Positions 11,130 through 21,264 of a stretch of DNA of 64,000 bases are shown here, in pieces. The stretch's first letter is position 1. Every line of letters begins with the position of its first letter. The notes below the pieces were generated by a model. That model ran no database searches and was not told the DNA's origin. It saw only the letters and a list, made by a program, of their open reading frames with translations. The position numbers were made by a program, and so were the translations under genes. The stretch lies in assembly GCA_964106645.2 (NCBI GenBank), contig OZ067038.1; one strand, given 5' to 3'. The DNA comes from Podarcis pityusensis. Its lineage: Eukaryota.

Positions 11130-11700
11130 CTGCAATCTTTGACCAATCATGGGTGGACTTGGGGGCATTGCCATGGGGGGGGGGGGGCTGAGTCAGACTC
11201 CTGGAGTCCTCACTCAAGTCCACTTCCTGAGGAGAAAAAGCCAGGTTGGTCTCAGCCTGGTCTCAGCCAGGCTGGCTTCAGATCTCTCTCCCACCCTCCC
11301 ATAATGCATTATATAGTGTTCTGCTTTGCAACTGTGCTGTTCCTGGATTGACCTTGCTATGGTTCTTATGGTCATCGTATTCAGGGCCAGGGAGAAATTT
11401 CTCCCATCAGACAAATTGGGCCCTTCTGAGGGTTTGGCCTTCCTCATAGCAATTGTCACAACTTCTGGTGCATATGGCATTGGCTAAGTCCCTAGTCTTT
11501 GGCAGAAGGGTAACTGGGAGCCTCTCCCCCCCCCCCCCTTGATGGTGTGGTATCCTGTTAGAAGGATCCATAAGGGAGGCGCTTCTATCCTTGTGCCATG
11601 TAGAGGCTCAAGGCCAGAGCGCTCCCTGATGGTTTCCCTCGGGCCTCCACCCACCGCATGATGTCAGAGACATGACTTACACTGGCAGTATCACAGCTTG
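11130..11700 (+). mobile_element. Diverged copy of the non-autonomous family at 16324-17174
   Basis: 11349-11490 (gaccttgctatgg...caaattgg...gccttcctcatagcaattgtcacaacttc...ggcattgg) aligns with the reverse complement of ~16778-16927. Boundaries are approximate. Confidence 0.65.
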
Positions 11701-11771
11701 ACTTATTATTTACTAGATTTTTAAAATGCGGGTTGTAAAACTGGTTCTTACATTAGAACATTTACAGTCTG

Positions 11772-11846
11772 TGGAGAATATTCTCCAGAGAATTTTCTAG
11801 CAGAGAATATTCTCATTCTTGAGAATATTTTCTGGAGAATATTCTC
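11772..11846. repeat. Five copies of the palindrome GAGAATATTCTC arranged as a larger inverted repeat
   Basis: Copies start at 11774, 11788, 11803, 11821 and 11835. Confidence 0.9.
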
Positions 11847-12501
11847 ACCTCACCTCACTACACAGACGCATGCCAGCCCCCTCAAATTTGGGCAGAACCC
11901 TGCACCAGTTCTCTCCTCCATCTCAGAGTTTCTTCAACAATAGTCTGCCTAAACTGAATGTGCTGGAAAACTGTGATTAGTCAAAGCCAGAAATTGAGAT
12001 GGTTGCTGACCTATGAGCCCATGGCCAGTGTCTTGAAACCGCAGATAGCATGTAGCTCTTTTGAAGATAGCTCTACATACTTCCCATCTTCATGTCATCG
12101 TTGCTCATCATTCACCCATTTCTGAATATCAAATTAATTTTCTTTGACCGTATTCCACTAATTTGGCACCTTGAAGCTCACTCTGCTGAATCCCATTCTT
12201 ATTCCCTCAGGGGAAGTTTCAGCAGGGTTTTTTTCTTCAGCCCTAAAACCAGTCCACTAAAACCCAGCCAGTGTGTAGAAATAGATGTCGCTTCATTTGA
12301 GACACCAAGAAATGGTGTCAGAAACTTTGATACTTTAATAAACTTTAACAGATGTAAACAGCTCAATGACAGTAGCAGAAAAATCTTCAGAAACTGAAAA
12401 CTTAGTTGTACAGGAAACAGTGCAAAGCAGTTTGCAGCCTATTGTAGGATTAAACCTGGTGCAGAAGGGATCTTCATGCAGAAGACACTCTCTACGTGAG
12501 A

Positions 12502-12740
12502 CAGAAGGACAAAAACTGGGAGGGGTAGCTAATGCTGCAGAAGACAGAATCAGGATTCATGATGACAGATTAGAGAACTAGGCCCAAACTAACAAAATGA
12601 ATGTCAGTAGGGTTTCACACTTAGGCAGGAAGAAACAGGTGCACGAATATAAGATGGTTTACTAGTAGTACATGTGAAAAGGATCTAGGGGTCTTCATAG
12701 ACCACAAGCTTAACATGAGTCAACAGTGTGATGGAGCATC

Positions 12741-12774
<34 letters not shown>

Positions 12775-13522
12775 CTAATGCTAATCTAGGCGGCATCAAC
12801 AGAAGTATAGTGTCCTGATCAAGGGAAGTAATAGTACCACTCTATTCTGCCTCGATCAGACCACACCTAGAATACTGTGTCTAGTTCTGGGTGCCACAAT
12901 TTAAGAAGGATGTTGACAAGCTGGAACACATGCAGAGGAGGGGAACCAAGAAGATCAAGGATCTGGAAATCAAGCCTTATGAGGAATGGTTGAAGGAGCT
13001 GGGTATGTTTAGCTTGGAAAAGAGAAGAATGAGAGGAGATATGAGCAGTGGCGTAGTGTGGGGGGTGCAGGGGGGGCCGGCTGCACTGGCCGCAACTTCT
13101 GGGGGTTAGGGTTAGGGGGCGCAAATCCACGGGTTAGGGGGCGCAAATTACTTGCCTTGCCCCGGGTGCTGACAACCCACGCTACGCCACTGGATATGAG
13201 AGTCATCTTCAAATATCTCAAGGGCTGCCACATGGAAAATGGAGCAAGCTTGTTTTCTCCTGCTCTGGAGGCCAGGACCTGAATAAATGGATTCAAGTTA
13301 TAAGAAAGGAGATTCTGACTCAGCATCAGAAAGAACTTCTGACAGTAAGAGCTGTTTGACAGTGAAAGGGACTCCCTTGGAAGGTGGTGGACTCTCCTTC
13401 CTTGGAGGTTTCTAAGCAGAGGTTGTATGGCCATCTGTCAGGGATGCTTTAGCTGAGATTCCTGCATTGCAAATGGTTGAACTAGATGACCCCTGGGGTC
13501 CCCTCCAATTCTAAAATTTATG
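12502..13522 (+). mobile_element. CR1 LINE 3' fragment (degenerate ORF2 end plus 3' UTR)
   Basis: Peptides KLGGVANAAEDRIRI and [16 protein letters not shown]; 3' end ggttgaactagatgacc...ccaattcta. It hosts (AAT)n at 12741-12770 and a hAT MITE. Confidence 0.92.
13046..13192. mobile_element. 147-bp hAT MITE nested in CR1
   Basis: TIR CAGTGGCGTAG / CTACGCCACTG; perfect 8-bp TSD GATATGAG at 13038-13045 and 13193-13200. Confidence 0.93.
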
Positions 13523-14557
13523 AAAATGTATTACTTTGGACAAATCGGTTGAATGCCTTCACAACTTTATCAAGGATATTTGTATATATAGAGAGAGCAA
13601 ATAGGCTGAGCCATGGCATTTTGACTGATGTCTTCGAACTGAACAGTACATGTGGAGCCATTAAAAAAATCAGCAGTGTCCCAATGGTGTGGCCATTAAA
13701 CGTCAAGATGGATATTCTGGTGGAGAGAAATAAACATTTGGAATTTCCAGTTTTTTGTTTTCAATGCTTTCTTCTACCCCCCCAGCTAAATTTTCAATGC
13801 TATAATGTAGTGAGGCGATGGATGAAGGAAGTTGATTTGTCCCATTCATATTGGCGGAAATTAGGCATTAGTAGTTATAAATATGAAGAAAGAGACTGCC
13901 AAATATTTTTACTTGATGGTACAAAACAGCCACATGATTTGTAAGAGACTGGTACAGTTTCTGCAGGAGGGAAACAAAGCCAGCAGAAAACTAGACATAA
14001 ATGCTTCTTGATGGACACTTTATGGTGTGAAACCACATGGAATTCCACAGCAGTTGAATGACAATGGCTGTGGAATATTTGCTTGCAAATATGCAGACTT
14101 CATCTCCTGGGATAAGCCCACTGCATTTGCAGAGTAGTTATTTAAATTATACTGCCACTCAACCAATATTTATTTATGTCTGCACCTGGAAATTTTGTTA
14201 GGGCTAAAACACAAATTATAGGTTTAAACTTGCTGTTGAATTTGAAAGCTGCCATTGACAGGTAAACCTCCCTAGGAAACTGTAATTGGTCAGAGCTCAG
14301 GGATACACCTTGCACTTTCCTACGTGAATGCTGAGAATTCTGAAGGCTGTCCTGAAGACAGGCAGAGAAAGCTGGAGAAGAGCAGAGGCAATGCAAAGGG
14401 AAGCAAAGGAACACATGGAAACCCTGCTGGATCAGGCTGGTGGCCAACCAGATGCCTGTGGAAAACCTATAAGCAGGACAAAAGCACGAGAGCAACTGGG
14501 AAGCACTGCATGCAGTCTTATCCATGGTTTGTTTTTGTGCTCCTTTCCCTCCCAATT

Positions 14558-15162
14558 TCCTGCCAACCTAGCAGCTCGAAAGCACGTCAAAGTGCAAGTA
14601 GATAAATACAGTGGTACCTCGCAAGACGAATGCCTCGCAAGACAAAAAACTCGCTAGATGAAAGGGTTTTTTGTTTTTTGAGCTGCTTCGCAAGACGATT
14701 TTCCCTATGGGCTTGCTTCGCAAGACGGAAACGTCTTGCAAGTTTGTTTCCTTTTTCTTAACACCGTTAATACAGTTGCGACTTGACTTCGAGGAGCAAC
14801 TCATAGAACGCGGTGTGGTAGCCTTTTTTGAGGTTTTTAAAGACTTTGGTGATTTTTGAAGCTTTTCCAAAACTTTCCCGACACCGTGCTTCGCAAGACG
14901 AAAAAAATCGCAAGATGACAAAACTCGCGGAAGGAATTAATTTCATCTTGCGAGGCACCACTGTAGGTACCGCTTCGGCGGGAAGGTAAACGGCGTTTCC
15001 GTGCGCTGCTCTGGTCCGCCAGAAGCAGCTTAGTCATGCTGGCCACATGACCCAGAAGTTGTACACTGGCTCCCTCGACCAATAAAGCGAGATGAGCGCT
15101 GCAACCCCAGAGTCGGCCACGACTGGACCTAATGGTCAGGGGTCCCTTTACTTTTACCTTTA
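14558..15162 (+). mobile_element. 5'-truncated Sauria SINE interrupted by a MITE
   Basis: The SINE body is continuous across the MITE (gataaaTA..TAggtacc); TSD CCCTCCCAATT at 14547-14557 and 15163-15173. Confidence 0.92.
14609..14963. mobile_element. Tc1/mariner (Tigger-like) MITE nested in the Sauria SINE
   Basis: TA TSD; TIRs cagtggtacctcgcaagacgaa / ttcatcttgcgaggcaccactg; repeated CGCAAGAC motifs. Confidence 0.92.
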
Positions 15163-15376
15163 CCCTCCCAATTATCTGCTTACCAAAATTAACCACTAAA
15201 TGTGTAACTCCCATTCATTCAGAGTTTCCACTTTCTCTTTTTGTCACATACGTTGCTTTCAGTATTTCTTGTTAGCTGCCCTTCTAGCTTCCTCTGCCTG
15301 TCTCTGGGGAAGCCTCCAGAATTCCTAACAGAGAGAGCATGGCTACATGTGGCTACTTTTCACATGGCTTCATAGA

Positions 15377-15575
15377 CAGGGTTGGCCCACCCATGGGGCA
15401 AGGTGAGGCAACTGTCTCGGGCTGCAGAATCCACTGGGCATTAGATCCCAATGTATATCTTTATTCTCCCCTTGTTCCCGATGTAGATCTTCATTCAGCC
15501 CCTTTTTCCTGGCGGGGAGTGGGTCCCCTGTTATGGTTCACCTCAGGTGACACACATGTCTGGCTGTGTTCACGG
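15377..15575. mobile_element. Old hAT-like MITE family copy (also 24215-24410 and 39324-39521)
   Basis: All three share cccatgrggcaaggtgaggc and the gatcttca/ataaagat core, and have CAGGG-like ends. Confidence 0.6.
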
Positions 15576-16323
15576 GTAGTGAGGATTCAAGGCTTAGACA
15601 CTAGATTCTACTGTGGAAAATTGAGCTGAGGGCCCATGACAGCTTCTGCTGCTCCTTCTTCCATTGTGTTGAGATCCAGGAGCAAAACCTAATGAAAAAA
15701 CCAATCGTGTCAAGGGAACCTCACATAATGTTTTGTTGAAAGAGTCACTGCAGGTTTTGGCGGAAAAAATCCTTTGGACTTATTTCATTGAGATACTGTC
15801 TTCAAAGAAAGAGATTCCACACTTTGACAAATCCTATCAGCTTTCTAACTATGAGAGGCCAGACCTATCATTGCCCTGTGCTATGTTGATTTATGTCTAT
15901 TCCATTTTGGATTAATTTAATTTGGGTGCCACAGGGAATATCTATGCCAAAAATTCAATTGGATATAAGTGCATAGTAGGGGACCATTACATTTCTGAAA
16001 GTTTGGCTGTCTTTTGAATTAATTTGGTTAAACTTAAATTACCTGATGCTACAGTACTGTAGGCCTGTCCAACGTGGTTCATGTTCAATTATGTTTTAGC
16101 TAGTATTTCTTTTCCTGTGCAGTGATTAAAACTTCTTTGTATATTTGAAATTTGTCCCCTGGTGAAATCAGGCAGTCATTTCTTCAATTAGATCAACATA
16201 ACCAGTTTCATTTTTTTTTTTAGTTCCTGTGAGACAACAATACGGTTCTAAGGTTTTTAACTAAAATTAATAGGTAGTGTTTGGAGAGATGCCTTATTTT
16301 AAGTGGCATCCTCTATCCAGAGC

Positions 16324-17174
16324 TGTTGCATGGGGAGTACCCGCCTCCCCCCTTGGGAAATAAAGACACAAGACACAGCATTTAAGGTTAATGGGCGAAA
16401 AAGGCCACAACTTTATTGATTGCAGGAATTGAGCGGTATTGGCTTAGGCATTGGTCCTATTGACTAACCGGCTTCAGCCTGATTGCGTGAAGACCAGCAA
16501 GGGTTAACCGCCAGCAGGGGGAGTCCTGCTGATGTACATCAACTAGGAGCTCCCCCGGGGTCACCGCTCAGGGGCATGCCTTAGGCCCACACCTCTATAG
16601 GCTTCTGACAGGGCAACGCCCCCCAGAATCCTTTACCGGACTACCCTGCTTGGCAGGGGGTTGGACTCGATGGCCCTTGTGGTCTCTTCCAACTCTATGA
16701 TTCTATGATTCTACCCTTCGATTTGGGGGAAGGTGATGGCGCTTCCTTCCCCCCCTCTCATCTGCATAACAATACCCTTACCAATGCCTAACCGCCAATG
16801 CCGAGGAAGTTGTGACGATTTGCTACGAGGTAGGCGAAAAACCAAATGGCTGGTGCCAATTTGCCAAGTGGAAAAAATTCCTACCAGGCCCCTTGATGGC
16901 GACCAACCGAAGTCCATAGCAATGTCAGAGAGCCAAACCTAAGGGCGGGTGAGGTGGGAAACCGGAGCAGCTGGAGCGAAGAAGAGAGGGAAATCCTCTG
17001 CCGTGCCGGCCCTAAATAGCCCAAGCCACTCCTCCCTAGTCAGCCGATTGGCTGGCCAGGGAGATGACGCGTCCGAGGATTCCCCCAGTCTCGTGGGGGC
17101 TGTGATTCAGCCCCCGCACACGTGGGGAGGGCGTGAAGCCCACAACCCCACCTCCTCTCCAGCTTGGAAGTGGC
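16324..17174 (-). mobile_element. Non-autonomous DIRS/Ngaro-related element (alternative: solo LTR)
   Basis: CpG-rich; on the minus strand CCAAT, a TATA-like tattta and AATAAAGTTGTGGCC. It shares cttacc(c)aatgcctaaccrcca with 71-92 and a terminus motif with ~2835-2866. No TSD found. Confidence 0.55.
16648..16710 (+). mobile_element. Extremely truncated CR1 3' end
   Basis: ggcagggggttggactcgatgg...ttccaactctatgattctatgatt tail; flanking duplication CTACCCT at 16641-16647 and 16711-16717. Confidence 0.85.
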
Positions 17175-17819
17175 TTTGCTGGGTGATCTTGTGCCCCTGG
17201 CAGAGCCATCCAGATTGCGCCCCCAGCCACAGACAAATTAGCTCTTCTTTCTGCCTCTCCTCCAACCCTCCACCCATTCAATTAACCCTCTATTTAAAAC
17301 CTTTTCTTATGAGGCAATAATCAATATTTTTATTTATGAAAATATTTTAAAGCCGATTTTGCGCCCCTCCCTTGCCTGCGCCCCTGGCCAGGGCTCACGC
17401 AGGCAAGGGAGGGGCGCAAAAAACCCCCTAGTTATGGCCCTGCCTCCATCCCAGAGTATTATAGCTTGATAATAAATAATAATGGATCACCTTTCTCTCA
17501 AAATATTGCTGCTCCTGCTTAGTTCATGAATAGACTCCACAGCACAACAGCCATTTTTAATAGCTGAACTCTTTTAAAAATCTCACAAATCTAATCTTGG
17601 GATAGATCTATCAGTGCAGAATGAATAAAAATATTTTATAAAATGTTTTCTCTTTTGCAAGCTTCAGGATTTGCATGTGTTAAAGGTAAAAGAGTGGAGG
17701 ATGAAGTGACGTCTTTCCCCAGCTGCCCCAGAGCCAGGAGGCCGACCCCACTTGATGCAGCTGCGCCAGAGCTCAACTTCTACATTGAATGAGTGGAAGA
17801 CTGTTCTGCTCACAAAACA

Positions 17820-18263
17820 ATAGTGATGAGGGAGAAGTAAACTTAGGTTCACATTTTAACGTGAATTTGCACCGTCCAAAACAATGCACAAACTGAAACA
17901 TAGCTATCCTTTGACATTTGCACTTTTCAGATTTGACAGTGCAGTTCCCCCAACATAAGCTCTGTACAAAACTGTGTGTATTAGGAGAAAGCGTGCATGA
18001 AAATGTATGTATTCAGGAAAACAAAAATTTTAAAATGTATTATATTAGAGGCAAATTGCTTTCAAAAATGTTCACATTAGATAAACTTCCATACAAAAAT
18101 GTGTATATTAGGAGAAACTTGCATTTTCATGTTGATGAATTCTCATGGAGATTTTGTCTTCTTCTTTTTAATGCAATTTGAAGTGGAAATGTGGAAAACA
18201 AAACTTCAGACTGGAAAAATTAGGAACTGAGAAAAATGAAAATTGACATATTTGTCCATCACT
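17820..18263. mobile_element. Old non-autonomous DNA transposon with internal aaaatgtgtatattaggagaaa repeats
   Basis: Several degenerate internal units and a right end tccatcacta resembling TAGGGATG-type TIR elements. Confidence 0.5.
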
Positions 18264-20472
18264 ATGGAACAGTAGTGCTAGTTGCAAGGCCAAGAGTCTT
18301 CTCCAGTTTAAATTAGGGTTTAACCCTTGTGGGTTGATTCAGAATGTATACAGAACCACAGATTGTGCGCTGAACTTCCACATTTCCTCTTTTGCAGGGC
18401 TGTCAGGTATTCGTTATTTTAAAGGACGCCCCCCTTTACAGAGTGTAACAGATGTTATTTAATTTCCAACATGCCTTACCCTATAAAATTCAACAGAAAA
18501 GGCATTGCAGCTTTTACCTTTAAGGAAAATTAATCTGTTTGCCACTTTGACATAGGAAGCAAATGTTCTTTGTTTTGGATACGAACAGCCAGAACCTCCG
18601 ACTTTGCTGGACTGTGATCCATATACGTTACTCAGGACTCAGAAAGCCTGCCTGTGGTTCATTTGTTGACCAACTTGGTGTAGAATTCAAACTTTAAACT
18701 CTCCTTGCTTTTTACAGATTATACAAGTGCATTCTGAAATCTAGCTGTGCATCCAAATGCAATAACTGAGGAAGACTACAAAATGCTTGATTATTCAGGT
18801 TCAGTGCCGCAAACAGAATCCACGTGAAATGTTTGTGTAATGGCAGAAAATGAATAGCTGTGGTATGAAATCAGTGGGCCACTATCATTGGGTGTGTGGC
18901 TGCAATTTCATTTATTTAGTTCTCAGTAGATTTCAGTGGGGTAAACTCCTGAACGGATACTATACATTCCCCTGTGTCATTTCTAGAAATGTGACATGGA
19001 ACTTCTTCTTTTTTAGGTCCCAGTGGATACAGCCACCAACAGTGGTAGGGAGCAGGAAAGGCAAGAAAAGAGCTGGCTGAATCCCCTTTTGCTGAAGCTG
19101 TTCTTTGACTTGCCAATCAAGTGGTGTTTATAGATGACTTCAATTATCCTCCTCACATAGACTGGGGACACATATTCCAGTCAAGACAAAGAGGTAAAAC
19201 TGTGCCCTAGAACAGTTGGTCATGGAATCAACCAGGAAGTATAGGTGTCTTGAGATTTATTTTTCTAAAAAAGAAGTATTTTCATAGTCATTAAAGAATT
19301 TAAAGCAGGCTTTGGAGCAGTGGTTTCTCATTCTGTATGCTTGTCAACCTAGCAAAGTGGCAATGCACTCAGACACCAGCGTGTGTTGAATTTTTCAGCT
19401 TTCAGATTCCAAAAATGCAGGGTGCTTATTTTTTTGTAACATGACTTGGGAATACAAAAGGTGTTTTGGTTAAACTACTGCAATTTAATTTTGCTTGGTA
19501 CATAAAACATGTGTAAAATCAAATAGAAATCATTACAAATGATTGCCAGGTACTTGAAGTTATACATCATCATCATCATCATTATTTAGCATTACTTGAC
19601 ATTTTCAGAAGGGAAAATTAAAACGCTTTGGTTTTCCAAAAGCAGTTTATATACTTCTTCATCAAACGTAGACATACCAAGCTAAATGTTGTTCAGTCAC
19701 AAAAACAATAGCAAATTTGAATTCCTCACCTCCAAAAAACGTATTTTAAAGACCACTCACTAAAGAAATGTGCAAAAACTAAGTTTCACTCCTTAAAATT
19801 GCATGCCCTAGACGGCCAGCCTGGCCACCCGTTCATCTTTATACCTTTCCTGCCTATACTGTCTATTAGAATCAAGAGCTGTTTTGATGTAGTTACTAGA
19901 CACTTCTGCTACTGATAACTTAATTAGTGTTCAGTGTTTCTATGTAAATAAATGGAGGAAGGGACGAAAAACCTCCATAGTATCTGACTGTCATAACTAG
20001 AAATTACCATGCAATTTACCACAGCTTCTTAAGATCTCTCCATTTTTAACAAACCCCAAATCATTATTAAGAGTGTAGCAGTCAGTTGCATCATGCTGTA
20101 TAGTCCCACTAGTACCAGCAGTGTGCTGTTAAATCATAACAAACTTTTTCCATATTCTTGTGAAAATACATCTTCCTTTTGCATAAAATATTGTTAAATA
20201 GCTCTGGGCACAAGCCAGAAAATGCTTGCCAAGACTGAGTTTATGTGAAAGCAATGGAATGGAACACATTTGTGACTAAGATTGCAGCGCAACCCTATCA
20301 CAGGTAGGGAGAAAGTTACACTGAACTCAGTAGGACTAACCTTTGGGTAAACAGTATAAAATTGCAGTGCATCTTCTTTCATTGCAACTTATTAGTGACT
20401 AATTTTTGGATTGTGTCTAAAGTGATTGGTATTTAAAGAGCCAGTTGTTGTCTTTTATATATCCAAAGAAAT

Positions 20473-20966
20473 TGTCAGGGACTGGGCAGAGGAGGAATGG
20501 GGGAGACCGCCTCTCCAGCCTGACCCTTCCAGAGAAGAAGAATAAGAAGACAGTTCAGAATTACAACAGGGGGTTGAGGGAGGTCATAGGTCAGAGGCAG
20601 AGGAGAGGAAAAGCTGGGAAATAATGGGAGAGGAGGAGGAGGAGGAAGCACCAGGGGAGTGACAGCTGACGGACTCAGTGTCTTTAGAAAGCATTCCAGA
20701 CCCCCGTCCCAGAACCTGGCGGGCCTTGAAAGTAGGAGAGCAAAGAGTTCAAAGGCAGAGGGCACGTTTCACTTCTTCACTTCACCCGTAGTGATGACTC
20801 ATGAAGAAGTGGGAGAGATTCACTAGGGACAACGTCACTATTCTGAGAGTCTGCATTCCCAAGCCTCTTTATGTGACAATTGAATAAAGCAGATGGTAAG
20901 GACTTTTCCTTGTCTTGTCTGTTCCTGGCAACCTGCCATGGGGGTTGGCTCCTCTGCCGCCTGACA
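20473..20966 (+). mobile_element. Solo LTR (494 bp), Gypsy/ERV-like
   Basis: TGTCAGG...CCTGACA termini; perfect 5-bp TSD GAAAT at 20468-20472 and 20967-20971; AATAAA at 20883; AP-1 site TGACTCA at ~20795. Confidence 0.92.
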
Positions 20967-21036
20967 GAAATCTACTGTTCTGCTCCAGATGAAAAACATG
21001 TTCTTTATTGCACAACTCTAGTTTCAGCATTGAGTA

Positions 21037-21264
21037 CAGTGAGCCCACAACTTATGCAGGGCTTACGGTCCAAAGATTGTGCCTAAAGCCAAAATCATGT
21101 ATAGTTAAAGCACACAGGATTCAATGGCGGGTGGAATTGCCAAAGTCCCCTTTTCAGAGCCCCTCCCCCCTGATTTCCACCCCCCTTTTTCCTTTTTTTT
21201 TTTTTGCCACACACATAAAGCTGAATATGCGCAAGTTAAATGTGTGTAAGTTGAAGGCTTACTG
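21037..21264. mobile_element. Degenerate Tc1/mariner MITE
   Basis: TA-cagtgagcccacaactta ... taagttgaaggcttactg inverted ends. Confidence 0.65.

Larger units (their letters stand above)
16318..17442. mobile_element. hAT MITE whose left TIR is split by the 16324-17174 element
   Basis: Right TIR ctagttatggccctg; left cagagc...; 8-bp TSD CCTCTATC (16310-16317) versus CCTCCATC (17443-17450), one mismatch. Confidence 0.6.

Noticed and set aside
13101-13141. Interstitial telomeric site
   Set aside because: Only three TTAGGG units, and they are internal to a TSD-flanked MITE.
13486-13944. 152-aa ORF
   Set aside because: Starts inside the CR1 3' UTR; no recognisable domain or splice context.
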